Below, one piece after another: positions 17,132-26,568 of a stretch of DNA of 64,000 bases (positions are counted from its first letter, which is position 1; each line of letters starts with the position of its first letter). The notes under the pieces were generated by a model. That model ran no database searches. It was given only the letters and a program-made list of their open reading frames with translations, and had not been told where the DNA came from. Location: the IMG/VR virus record IMGVR_UViG_3300032073_000004, positions 1 to 64,000 of that record, one strand, 5' to 3'. Origin of the DNA: an uncultured virus (IMG/VR IMGVR_UViG_3300032073_000004). Its lineage: Duplodnaviria; Heunggongvirae; Uroviricota; Caudoviricetes. The position numbers and the translations under genes are program-made.

Positions 17132-19088
17132 CTTTGTTTATCTCCATCAAGCTGGAAATCAGTGACTTGACTTCCTTCGCAGAACCAAAAAGTACCTGCT
17201 CTTGTTTGTTATAAGTAGTTTCTTTTCCCTCTGGAAGACCTATGGCCGCACGATCTAATCCAATTTTACCGGGGAACACATTTCTTTTTGAACTAGAAGC
17301 TAGCTCTCCCGATGCTCTTGCTTTCAGAGACTTTTGTCTTGCAGCGTTTACTTTTCCATTCGGGTTGCTTCGGTATGTCTTGCCTTTCCAGCCTGGCCTT
17401 GTGTACTTCTGGCCTGGTACAATACCGTCTGTGTTCTGCTCTGTTTCTGCAACTGGCTCATCTCCACCAAGATCCGCATCTGGGGCTGGGGCGTCTGGGC
17501 TTGTAATAAGCATACTGTCGTCTTCAGGTGGTGTGTCTGTACCGGCTGTGTCGCCAGTAAGATCATCTAAGTCTGGGCCTGCATCACCACCAAGATCATC
17601 GTCTCCCTCAAAGCCGCCGCCGCCAGCTTGAAATCCTTCTGATGGTTCTCCTTCGGCCACTGCAGCAAGAGCCGCTTCGAACTTCTTATCGTGAAATGTC
17701 TCTCTCTGAAGTCTAATAATCTCATCATCGGTAAGGCCAAACAACTTAGTTGCAATCCAGCGTTTACTAAAAAGTCCCTCTCCTGCCTGTGCAGCAACAT
17801 CAAACTTTGTTCTCCAGTGTTCCAGTTCTTGCAGTTCAGCGATCTTGGAAGGGTTGTTTAGTGATAAAGTAAAATTCAACAAGTCTTCCCCTCGGAAGCC
17901 GAGCGTAAACAAGTGAATAATTCCTATCTTCTCAAGTTCAGAAACAACAGAACGCTGAAGTCTCTGGATGGTTCTCGCAAAGCGAACGTCTTTTTGTGCC
18001 AACGTTGTTTTATCTTCTCCTGAGTTTTCATCTCTAGAGAGGTAAGACTGTGGGATCTTCAATGCTGAGAATAGTTTATCTCTCAGGTACTTAACATCAT
18101 CAATGTCTCCCGTAAAAGTTCCTCCTGGCAATGATTCAATCTTTGAGGTTGAGTCTCCTCTAGTTGGCAGAAAGTAATCTTCCTCGACAGACAATGGGTT
18201 GTATCGCAAGTCAACCCTGCCAGTGGTGGTATCAACAACTTGGTTCCGCTTCATGGATGTGATGACTTTTTGCATATACTGTTCCACATCTTGAGGAGCA
18301 ATGTTTCCGACATCAATATAAAACACACGGCGTTCTGGTGAACGGACGATGCGATATGCCATCATAGCGTCTTCTAATAAAGTTAACTGTCTCCAAATTC
18401 TTCTAGCTGGTTCTAGTACGGATGTGCCGTATGGAGAATACTTATCGTTTCCAAGAATGCGGAAGTGGGCAACCTGCCAGTTTTCGAAAGTTAAGCCGCC
18501 AGAGTTCCACTGAAATTGTACATAGTTGGGGTTTGTTGGGTCTTCTCCTTCTAGTCTCTCTACTTCATGAGAAGGTAAGCCCACACAACTTTTTACACCC
18601 TCTACTTCATCAATGTCCAAGTAAAGAAAATAATCTCCGTACTTACACATGCTTCGGCACCAACCAAACAAGTTAAATTCCACATTCATAATATTGTGAT
18701 ATAAGTTTTTAAGCAAACTGCGTATCTCTTCGTTCTCACAATTTACCCGAAGCATATCCTCAAGAGTGGTATGCGTCGTCATCTCGTCTGCATAGATGTC
18801 CATCGCGGAGGCAATCTCCGGCACATATTCCATCTGATCGAAGTCTGAATATCTTTCTGCTCTATTCTGGTTCGAGAAAGATTCTTGGTTGTACTTTAGA
18901 AGAGGGTTTTCAATGCTCTTCTTGAATGTCATGCCTTGGGCCGAGCGAAACTTGTATTTGTCTAAGTCTCTTCTTCTTTGTTGCCGATATGTCTGGGCTC
19001 TTCTACCCGTAACTGGACCTGATAAAAGTCTGGTCAGCTTTTTAAATAATGATGATTGTGCGTTTCTAGGGTTGTTATTGTTGGGCAT
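17115..19088 (-). CDS. Portal protein (T4 gp20-like)
   Basis: LLEDAMMAYRIVRSPERRVFYIDVGN, EEDYFLP.RG, IESLPGG, DDVKYLRDKLFSALKIP motifs. Confidence 0.96.
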   Translation of the reverse strand: MPNNNNPRNAQSSLFKKLTRLLSGPVTGRRAQTYRQQRRRDLDKYKFRSAQGMTFKKSIENPLLKYNQESFSNQNRAERYSDFDQMEYVPEIASAMDIYADEMTTHTTLEDMLRVNCENEEIRSLLKNLYHNIMNVEFNLFGWCRSMCKYGDYFLYLDIDEVEGVKSCVGLPSHEVERLEGEDPTNPNYVQFQWNSGGLTFENWQVAHFRILGNDKYSPYGTSVLEPARRIWRQLTLLEDAMMAYRIVRSPERRVFYIDVGNIAPQDVEQYMQKVITSMKRNQVVDTTTGRVDLRYNPLSVEEDYFLPTRGDSTSKIESLPGGTFTGDIDDVKYLRDKLFSALKIPQSYLSRDENSGEDKTTLAQKDVRFARTIQRLQRSVVSELEKIGIIHLFTLGFRGEDLLNFTLSLNNPSKIAELQELEHWRTKFDVAAQAGEGLFSKRWIATKLFGLTDDEIIRLQRETFHDKKFEAALAAVAEGEPSEGFQAGGGGFEGDDDLGGDAGPDLDDLTGDTAGTDTPPEDDSMLITSPDAPAPDADLGGDEPVAETEQNTDGIVPGQKYTRPGWKGKTYRSNPNGKVNAARQKSLKARASGELASSSKRNVFPGKIGLDRAAIGLPEGKETTYNKQEQVLFGSAKEVKSLISSLMEINKDEQEA

Positions 19089-19091
19089 GCT

Positions 19092-20684
19092 CTATCCTTT
19101 AATAAGCCAAGAGAATTCTCTGTAGTTGTCTTGTTCGGTTTTGCGTCGTAAGTTCTTCTCGTGGTCTAGCTTACTATTATAACCTATTTGTCCTGGAATT
19201 TTAGTGTTCATTTTTGTATTTGACATAATCATTGCGTCCAAACAGGCTCTATTGTATTCCTCTGCTCTCTTGTTGGCCACCAGTGCGGTGTCCCTTACCC
19301 AGCAGGCAATTGCCAAAGACATAACAAGGTCATCATTATATCCCCTCATGGCTTGAGGTCTTCCATTTTGCCAAACAAAAGTCCTAATTTCGTCCACCAG
19401 GCGGTTGGAGCTAACATTAAGTAGTTTATTGCGAATGAATTCTTCTAACTTTGCGATGATAAGTGGGCGAGTTTTCATTGATGTAGTGAACCCAGGTACA
19501 GCATTTGACTTATTTTCTCCCATCAAGGGATCAATGTACTCGTGACTGCCCTTGAGGGAGTAATACAAATTACTATAGCTCATCTCTATAAGCTTCTCTA
19601 GGACGTTAAAACCAATGTTATTGTTCTCGACGACAAGCATGGCTCCGCCATACTCATTCCCGGTGGTGTACAGTAACTGAGAAAACATCTCTAGGTTTGG
19701 CTTTCCTTTATATTCTGCAACTACCTCCATGTTGTCCACGTCGATCACATGAAAGACGGAGAAATCTTTGCCATCGCCACGGGCGACATCGGCTACGACA
19801 AGGTATTTTGAGCTGTTGTTTCTTTCTTTCCATATCCACAAATTGCGGTCAAAGCCAGTCCTGTGCTTCGGCTCTGTAACTTTTTGCTCTATTCTCTCTA
19901 TATCATCTGGGTGTATAACTGTTTCTCCCGATGCGAGAAAAGAACATTCCAATTCCTGAGCTATGTCTCTCCGTGGCATGTTTCTGGTTTCTTTCTTAAA
20001 CCATCCTGCATCTCTATCCGGATGCTCATCCCATTTTAACTTTGTCGGAAAGAAGTCGTTGTTCTTGTTTTCTGAATCTGTGTATGTTTTGTGGAACCAG
20101 TTTCCCACACCATTTGGTGTTGATAGGGCGATGCAGCGACCACCAGTAGAGAGAGTAGGATAAAGACCCATCCAGAGCTCCTCTAAGCCCTCCACATGGG
20201 CGGCCTCGTCAATAACGAGCAGAGACAAGGCTTCCGAACGTCCGGCGTCTCCGGAGGTCGAGGAGGCCTTTATTTGGGAACCGTTTGCAAGTTCAAAAGA
20301 CTGCCTGTTATCTATCTCTATTTTTGCAGTAACAAGCCACTCTGGTAAGTTCTTGATAATGTTCTTGACTTTTTTAACCAGATTGACTGCAGTTGATAAT
20401 TTTGTAGCGATAATGAGAACATTCTTCTCCTTATGGAAAAGCATGAGCCACGCGACATATGCTGCAGTTACTGTCGAAATACCCAACTGTCGTGCTTTGA
20501 GAATAACGTTGAAGCGATAGTCATCAAAGTCTTGCAAAAGCTGGGTCTGAAAGTCATAAGTCTTGAAAAGAAGTTGACCTTTCATTGGGTGTGTTATTTT
20601 TGCGTAGTTGTTCGTAAAGTATACAGGATCTCTCCCGCACTTCACAATCTCTTTCATTAGAGATTTCTTATCTAGTGAAACCAT
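19092..20684 (-). CDS. terL: Terminase large subunit (T4 gp17-like)
   Basis: Walker A-like LKARQLGIST, Walker B LLVIDEAAH, STPNG coupling motif, nuclease ADVARGDGKDFS and DDLVMS. Confidence 0.96.
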   Translation of the reverse strand: MVSLDKKSLMKEIVKCGRDPVYFTNNYAKITHPMKGQLLFKTYDFQTQLLQDFDDYRFNVILKARQLGISTVTAAYVAWLMLFHKEKNVLIIATKLSTAVNLVKKVKNIIKNLPEWLVTAKIEIDNRQSFELANGSQIKASSTSGDAGRSEALSLLVIDEAAHVEGLEELWMGLYPTLSTGGRCIALSTPNGVGNWFHKTYTDSENKNNDFFPTKLKWDEHPDRDAGWFKKETRNMPRRDIAQELECSFLASGETVIHPDDIERIEQKVTEPKHRTGFDRNLWIWKERNNSSKYLVVADVARGDGKDFSVFHVIDVDNMEVVAEYKGKPNLEMFSQLLYTTGNEYGGAMLVVENNNIGFNVLEKLIEMSYSNLYYSLKGSHEYIDPLMGENKSNAVPGFTTSMKTRPLIIAKLEEFIRNKLLNVSSNRLVDEIRTFVWQNGRPQAMRGYNDDLVMSLAIACWVRDTALVANKRAEEYNRACLDAMIMSNTKMNTKIPGQIGYNSKLDHEKNLRRKTEQDNYREFSWLIKG

Positions 20685-20691
20685 AAAAGTC

Positions 20692-20886
20692 CTATCTTTT
20701 GGCTTTGCGACTCTCTCTTACTTCCAAAACCAAACCACGAAGGCCTTTAAGTAGCTTAGATGCGTCTAGACACTTCTTCCGAAGGCGTACTCCCGCTGCA
20801 CCTACGCCACGATCAAATTTCTCGGCGTCTTTTTGTGCACCCTGCAAGAGTTCTACAATTTCATTCAATTCATCAAGTGTCAACAT
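20692..20886 (-). CDS. Histone H1-like (Hc1-type) small basic protein
   Basis: DAEKFDRGVGAAGVRLRK resembles the Hc1-family G..AAG.R.RK motif. Confidence 0.65.
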   Translation of the reverse strand: MLTLDELNEIVELLQGAQKDAEKFDRGVGAAGVRLRKKCLDASKLLKGLRGLVLEVRESRKAKR

Positions 20887-21271
20887 CTTTAGTTACCCCA
20901 TTAGGACGCCAGCCATCAAGCCATCTTTCTTCCCTGTCTTCGACATATTGTATATAACATTCTTGACAACAAGAATATTTATTCAAAAACAGATTGTCGC
21001 CCTTAGAGAGCGAAAAACAGCCGCATGCCTCGCATTTCCTGCTTTGTCTATTAATAAATAGATTTGAGGATACAAAAAACCCTTCATGCTTTTCCTTAAC
21101 TTCTTTATCTTTTCTTGTTTTTTCTCTTTGGTAAACTTTTTTCATTTGCTCAAGGTACTGAGCCTCTTTTTTGGCATCCCAACCTGCTTTTGGGTTGGTC
21201 ACAGATTCTTCCCCATACTTCTCTGAAATTGCTTTTTCGTAGTGGGCTATGTCAACGTCTTTCTTATTCAT
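20873..21271 (-). CDS. Hypothetical zinc-finger protein
   Basis: CEAC...CCQEC followed by YVEDREERW..GWRP. Confidence 0.7.
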   Translation of the reverse strand: MNKKDVDIAHYEKAISEKYGEESVTNPKAGWDAKKEAQYLEQMKKVYQREKTRKDKEVKEKHEGFFVSSNLFINRQSRKCEACGCFSLSKGDNLFLNKYSCCQECYIQYVEDREERWLDGWRPNGVTKDVDT

Positions 21272-21428
21272 CTTGAGTTCCCTCTCTCTGGTTCTGTAGC
21301 AGAGACAAGTCTCCCCTTAAATCCGACAGTTGGTCCGATGCTGAGCTAAGTTGCCATTTCAAGCGATCAATCAAGTTTTCTAGGCCGCTAATTCTTTTTT
21401 CCAAAATATCAATTTTGTCCTGAGTCAT
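21264..21428 (-). CDS. 54-aa coiled-coil protein (not in ORF track)
   Basis: MTQDKIDILEKRISGLENLIDRLKWQLSSASDQLSDLRGDLSLLQNQREGTQDE; fills the gap exactly, overlapping both neighbours; leucine heptads. Confidence 0.7.
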   Translation of the reverse strand: MTQDKIDILEKRISGLENLIDRLKWQLSSASDQLSDLRGDLSLLQNQREGTQDE

Positions 21429-21861
21429 TTGTTATTTGTACCGCCGCATAAAATATAGTAACAGAGAGGATAATACCACTCAAAGTTCCAGTAACAAACC
21501 ATACCGGACCCATTGCTGGTGGTTCCTTTTTTAACAGTTCGTTTAATCTAACTATCTCTTTCTCTTGCAAATCGACAAGTATCTTGTTTTGTTGAACATC
21601 TGTTCTCAAGATTGCCTCTGATGTCATTTTTTCAAGATTGCACTTGTTAATTTGTTTACTCTTCTCGTTTTCGATAAGCAGGTTGCATTTTGACTTTTCG
21701 AATTCCTTATCTGCTACGATCTTAGCGGCAGTTGTTGGGTCCATCAAAACGCCAGTAAATGGTGCAGGATCATCTTTGTGAAGCGGCTCTACCCTCTTCT
21801 CTGTCGCATAAGATGACGAAGCTTGTAAAGCAAGCAATAGAATAACAGCAATAAACCTCAA
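21409..21861 (-). CDS. Exported coiled-coil protein with C-terminal TM helix (spanin-like component)
   Basis: Signal peptide MRFIAVILLLALQASSSYA, APFTGVL motif, coiled coil, C-terminal WFVTGTLSGIILSVTIFYAAV. Confidence 0.6.
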   Translation of the reverse strand: MRFIAVILLLALQASSSYATEKRVEPLHKDDPAPFTGVLMDPTTAAKIVADKEFEKSKCNLLIENEKSKQINKCNLEKMTSEAILRTDVQQNKILVDLQEKEIVRLNELLKKEPPAMGPVWFVTGTLSGIILSVTIFYAAVQITNDSGQN

Positions 21862-22212
21862 CTAAAACCTCTCTTTTATCTTCCTAGCTAACTCATCTAT
21901 ATCTTCCTGAAGTTCTTCTTCGAGATTGTCCCTCTCGTTCTCAAGAGCCCTTATGTCTTTTCTTATAGACTTTTGTCTCTCTTCTTCTTTTTCGAGTGTT
22001 GCAAGGGCGCTTCTGCTCACCTCTTCAATGGCGTCTTTGTTTGCTTTGTGAGACTCCTCAAGAGCTTTCTTATAATCTTCTCTCGTCTGCTGCATAGAAC
22101 CAAGAAGGGCAGCTATCTTGGAGCGGTAAAAAAAAGCACATACCAGCAACAGAACAACTACTGCTGGTATTTTCCAATGGTGCTTTAAAAATAAAATTAC
22201 CCTGCCTAACAT
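21862..22212 (-). CDS. i-spanin-like protein (N-terminal TM + coiled coil); true start probably MLGRV at 22212
   Basis: ATG overlaps the holin stop (TGATG); WKIPAVVVLLLVCAFFY helix followed by a long charged coiled coil. Confidence 0.6.
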   Translation of the reverse strand: MLGRVILFLKHHWKIPAVVVLLLVCAFFYRSKIAALLGSMQQTREDYKKALEESHKANKDAIEEVSRSALATLEKEEERQKSIRKDIRALENERDNLEEELQEDIDELARKIKERF

Positions 22213-22451
22213 CACGCGCTTTTCCAAGCAACGGCTAAGTCTACTGCTGCTTGGCCACCAATGTAAACAAGCGAAATAGCTACCCAGTCGGACGACTGTA
22301 GGCCGCCTGTGTACAGAAGGGCAGAGCCAGTAAGCCATACCAAAAGTTTTCTGGATGTTACTTTGCTAATAATTTTATCAAGTGCTCCGCCTTTTGGCAG
22401 GGCTTTGTTCACCAACTTAGCGGGTGAGTCTGTCTTTTTTCTAGTTGCCAT
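22212..22451 (-). CDS. Holin-like small two-TM membrane protein
   Basis: 79 aa; SRKLLVW...W..ISLVYIGGQAAVD; basic N-terminus; SD AAGGAG. Confidence 0.65.
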   Translation of the reverse strand: MATRKKTDSPAKLVNKALPKGGALDKIISKVTSRKLLVWLTGSALLYTGGLQSSDWVAISLVYIGGQAAVDLAVAWKSA

Positions 22452-22460
22452 ATTGTCTCC

Positions 22461-25400
22461 TTAGCATCTAACTTTTGCATATCCATTTTCTTTGGATATA
22501 TCTAGTGTCATATCAACGCAGTCTTTCAAGCTATCTAGATGAGAAATAAGGAACACTGTCTTAAACTGAGTCTTCACCATGTCTATAATTCTGATGAAGC
22601 CTTCCATGTTCTCTTCGTCTAAAGCCGTCCCTGGTTCATCCAGGATGAAAATATCTCCCTTTGGCAAGGACGAGACATTGAGCAATGCAAGTCTTATCGC
22701 CATAGAAGCTAACGTCTTTTCCGCGCCCGAACAGTTGTCGATAGGGCGTGGCTCATATGTTGGGTGCTTGATGTAAATGTCGAGCTTATTTTCGTCGTTT
22801 TCAAAAAACACCTCAAAGTCAACTACGTTTGCAAGAACTTTTGAAACTTCCTCATTGATGATGGGGAGCTTGTTCTTGATAATATTATATGAGATACCAT
22901 TCGTACTCATACTTTTCATAAACAAGTCATACGCAGAAAATTGTTTTCTACTGTCTGCCAGTTTTTCTTTCTGCTCAGTAAACATAACAGCTCTTTCCTC
23001 ATATGAGCCCAACTCTTTGTGAAGAGATATCAAGCTATCCTGACATTCCTCAATAAGCGCGTCAAAACGTTCTGACATGATTATAGCACCATTCTCTCTA
23101 CTTTTAAGTGAATTCAAGCTATCAACCATCTTTTTGTTTTTATTATATATTTCAACATCCTCTTCTAGTTTGCTAATGTGTTCCATCAGCTCTTTACTTT
23201 CGAGTTCCTGTTTAACGATGTTATCAGAATATTCAGATACGTTTTTCTGAAGTTTTTCCAACTTCTTTACGTCCTTGTCATGTTCCTTTACAATCTTGCT
23301 AGCCTTTTCTGCTTCGCATGCTTTTTGTTTCTTTGCTTTGCTTGCTATAAGTTCTTGGAATGTTTCAATTTGTCTTTCGAACTCACTCTTGTGATCTAGT
23401 TCTGCGCCGCACTCTGGACACTTTATCGTGTCGCTAGCGTTTTCTTGTTCTTCCAGAACTTTCTCAAGTTGCTTTTGCAACGAAAGAATATCTCCCTTTA
23501 GCTCCTCTGCTCGCGAAACTTTTCTCCTCATTTCAAAAGCATCGACACTATCTGTTTTTTCTTCTAAAACAACAATGTCTTTGAGGACACCTTCCTTGTC
23601 TAAACGCAGATTGCTTATCTCCTTCTCAAGATATAATAGATCATCACTTTTTTCTTTGAGTACGCCAAGAACGTTAGAGATGTTCATGAGGCTTGCGGGG
23701 ACGCTCTCTATCTCTCTGCGAATCTCTAAAATTTGCTTGTTAGTCTTTTCTTTCTTTTTTGTCAGACTCTTACATCTTTTATCTTGCTCTGATATCCGCT
23801 GCCTGACATCAGCTAGTGCTTCTCTGGACTGTTCTATCTCGGCGTCATAGTCAACGTTTTCCATAGTCTTGAGGTACCCCAAGAGTTCCTTTGCTTCATC
23901 CTTAGCGTGACGATACTTCATATCAAAAAGCTCAAGATCCAAAAACTTAGCTAGAATTTCTTTTCTTTTTGTATTTCCTTCCTCAACAAAGGCTAGTGAG
24001 CCCATCTGAGAAGCATACGATGTTAAAAGAAAATCATCCACTGAGCCAAAGCTTTTTCTGATGGCTTTGTCAGTTTGGTTTCTAGTGATCCCGTTTAATG
24101 ACTGCTCTTCCCCAGAAGCCAAGTCTACTTTGCTAAAATCTAAAATAACTCTTGCCTCTTTGGACTCTTTGCCGTATAGACGTTTAGTATACTTTTCTGT
24201 CCTTCTTCTGATCTTGTATTTGTTGTGGCCAACCGTTAAGCTTACAATACCTTCGGCATTGTCTTCGTTTTGGTTAACAACGTTAATATTCTTTCTGCTG
24301 CTCTTGCTAGTTGAATTATATAATGTATAAATAAAGCTATCAAAAATAGAAGACTTGCCAGAAAAGTTCTTTCCGAAAATTCCTACAACACCACTAAGTT
24401 TATCAAAGTTTATCTTGTTGCCCTTACCGTAGTTAAAATAATTCTTCCACTCGAAGCTATCGATCTTCCACCGAACATTGCGACTGATGTCTTCATTTTC
24501 TTCCACAATAGTATTAAACTTTTTATTAAGCTCATATACCTTTTTTAAGGTTTCTTCGTCGGTAGTATAATCCTCAAGATACTTTGATATAAACTTTTCT
24601 TGCACAGCGATGTCTCTCATGTTTTCATCTTCTGCAAAAATATTTCTATCGTCGTCCTGATATGATCCCCTAGAGGCGTCATTAAAGACAATGCTCTCTG
24701 GCTTGAAGCGAGAACGCGCTACATCAAGGGCCTTTCTCATAATGTCGATAGGCAATCTCGTCTTCGATTGTACTCGTAAGCGAGCGCCTTCTGGAACTTT
24801 TACTTTAGCTGGTATCTTTCCTCTTGCTGTCAGAGACAAAGTTACAAATGGCTTGGGGTTCGAAAACGCCATGTGTTTGCAAGTAAAGTCATCTTTTCCT
24901 TTGATGTTCCAAAGCAAATATCCTTTATCGTTAGTCTCTCCAAAGTTCTGCTGCACTGTAGATCCCGCATACCTAACACGACCCTCCATATCTAAAATCT
25001 GGTTTGTCTTGTGGATGTCTCCCAACATAGCATAGTCATACGGAGCGAACTCTGCAATATCTATGTCCCCATGTTCCATTTGCCAACCCAAATCTGTGCG
25101 GCAGCCTGAAACTGAGCCGTGGAAGAGGCAAATGTTCACAGTGTCATTGCTTGCTGGAACTTGCCATGCATCTCTGTCAAACACAGATAAAACACTCAAA
25201 GAAATATTTTCCGGCAGCACAATCTCTTCGTAGTCTCTATAGACGAATAAGTTTTCGTGCTTGAGAGCTGCAGCGATGGGAGAAACAGCATCCATGCGAA
25301 AGCTATTCTTTAGGTTGCCGTCATGATTGCCAAGAATGACGTGAGTTGGTGCGATGTCTGCCAAGTTGTTGAGGAACTCTCTGCACATCTCGACATACTC

Positions 25401-25565
25401 TGGGCTGATCTGTGTCTTTGTGTGGGCAATATCGCCACAGTGAACGATGTAATCTACCTTTTCTTTTCGCAAAGACTCATACATCTCTTCAAAAACTTGT
25501 CTATATTCTTTATGATATTTTAAATTGCGGATGTGTGTATCCGCAAAATGTGCAATTTTAACCAT
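22461..25565 (-). CDS. Fused Mre11/SbcD nuclease - Rad50/SbcC ATPase (gp47-gp46-like)
   Basis: Phosphoesterase motifs ADTH, CGDIAH, LGNHD, FHG, GDIH; Walker A GKNFSGKS; coiled coil with CPECG zinc hook; signature CSGAE; Walker B ILDEP; ISH. Confidence 0.93.
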   Translation of the reverse strand: MVKIAHFADTHIRNLKYHKEYRQVFEEMYESLRKEKVDYIVHCGDIAHTKTQISPEYVEMCREFLNNLADIAPTHVILGNHDGNLKNSFRMDAVSPIAAALKHENLFVYRDYEEIVLPENISLSVLSVFDRDAWQVPASNDTVNICLFHGSVSGCRTDLGWQMEHGDIDIAEFAPYDYAMLGDIHKTNQILDMEGRVRYAGSTVQQNFGETNDKGYLLWNIKGKDDFTCKHMAFSNPKPFVTLSLTARGKIPAKVKVPEGARLRVQSKTRLPIDIMRKALDVARSRFKPESIVFNDASRGSYQDDDRNIFAEDENMRDIAVQEKFISKYLEDYTTDEETLKKVYELNKKFNTIVEENEDISRNVRWKIDSFEWKNYFNYGKGNKINFDKLSGVVGIFGKNFSGKSSIFDSFIYTLYNSTSKSSRKNINVVNQNEDNAEGIVSLTVGHNKYKIRRRTEKYTKRLYGKESKEARVILDFSKVDLASGEEQSLNGITRNQTDKAIRKSFGSVDDFLLTSYASQMGSLAFVEEGNTKRKEILAKFLDLELFDMKYRHAKDEAKELLGYLKTMENVDYDAEIEQSREALADVRQRISEQDKRCKSLTKKKEKTNKQILEIRREIESVPASLMNISNVLGVLKEKSDDLLYLEKEISNLRLDKEGVLKDIVVLEEKTDSVDAFEMRRKVSRAEELKGDILSLQKQLEKVLEEQENASDTIKCPECGAELDHKSEFERQIETFQELIASKAKKQKACEAEKASKIVKEHDKDVKKLEKLQKNVSEYSDNIVKQELESKELMEHISKLEEDVEIYNKNKKMVDSLNSLKSRENGAIIMSERFDALIEECQDSLISLHKELGSYEERAVMFTEQKEKLADSRKQFSAYDLFMKSMSTNGISYNIIKNKLPIINEEVSKVLANVVDFEVFFENDENKLDIYIKHPTYEPRPIDNCSGAEKTLASMAIRLALLNVSSLPKGDIFILDEPGTALDEENMEGFIRIIDMVKTQFKTVFLISHLDSLKDCVDMTLDISKENGYAKVRC

Positions 25566-25569
25566 TCAT

Positions 25570-26568
25570 CTATCCTCTTAGTGTGGAGATTTTCTCCCGA
25601 AGCAAACCCGTGGTATTACTAATAAGCTTCGCTTTTTGTTTCCTACTATTAAACTCTTCCTTCGTCATGCATCCAACATCTTCAAAGCCGGAAACATCGA
25701 TCTTAAAAACCTCTATACCATATGATAACATATTTTTGATGATTTTTATAGTCTTTTTTTCGGCATCGGCGTCGAGAGCCATGTACACTGGGGAGTCGTT
25801 TTCTACGATCTTTTGAAAGACTGGACTCTTTTCTGTTAATGTCGATCCCAACAAAGGTATTGCATTTCCTGCCTTTATAGCATCGAACACTCCTTCTACC
25901 AAGGTAATATCCTCGTGCCAGTCAACAAAAAGTTCGTTAAACACAAGCTTTTTGTTCGTTGGGGGATTTTTATACTTTATCCAGTCTCCGCTGTAAGTTC
26001 TCGCAACGAAAAAGTCTACAAGACCTTCCGTGTTAAATGATGGTATGATTATGCGACCTTCGTATTCTCCTGTGTCACAGTACCCAATCTTCCATCTTAA
26101 TATATCTTCCTGGGTTATGCCTCTTTGTTTCAAGTAGTTTATTGCAGCAAACGACGTTGGCTTTCTTTTCCTGTTCGCCAATGGAGCATACTCAGTGGGC
26201 AAATTGATATTTTCTTCTTGCTCTTCTTCTTGCTCTTTCCCCATGATAATATCTTTAAGGGAGCGAGGCACCTCTGACATATCGTGTTCGTTTTCGAATT
26301 CTTGCCACTTGGTCTTTTGGGAGAATGAGCCCCAGCGTCGGACAAGATGATATAAGCTCTTTCCCCGATAATCACATATCCAACACTTAAACATATCCAA
26401 AGAAAGGTTCACCGACAGCTTCTTTTTGTGGTGTTTGCAAGAAGGGCAGTAAAACAAACTCTCCTCGCCGGAGTTGTAATAAGACCCTAATATCTCTTTT
26501 AGAATTTTAATTTTTTCACTTTTTACAAGCAAATTATCTCCTACTCTTGGATAATTAAGTTTTTGCAA
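25570..26568 (-). CDS. DNA primase (zinc finger + TOPRIM); real start likely ~26530
   Basis: CPSC.H...C..C, YLKQRGI, GRIIIP, LVEGVFDA, ALDADA motifs. Confidence 0.9.
   Translation of the reverse strand: MQKLNYPRVGDNLLVKSEKIKILKEILGSYYNSGEESLFYCPSCKHHKKKLSVNLSLDMFKCWICDYRGKSLYHLVRRWGSFSQKTKWQEFENEHDMSEVPRSLKDIIMGKEQEEEQEENINLPTEYAPLANRKRKPTSFAAINYLKQRGITQEDILRWKIGYCDTGEYEGRIIIPSFNTEGLVDFFVARTYSGDWIKYKNPPTNKKLVFNELFVDWHEDITLVEGVFDAIKAGNAIPLLGSTLTEKSPVFQKIVENDSPVYMALDADAEKKTIKIIKNMLSYGIEVFKIDVSGFEDVGCMTKEEFNSRKQKAKLISNTTGLLREKISTLRG

Noticed and set aside
22213..22338. N-terminal extension of the 158-aa ORF in the track
   Set aside because: It lies wholly within the holin gene; the ATG at 22212 overlapping the holin stop is the more plausible start.
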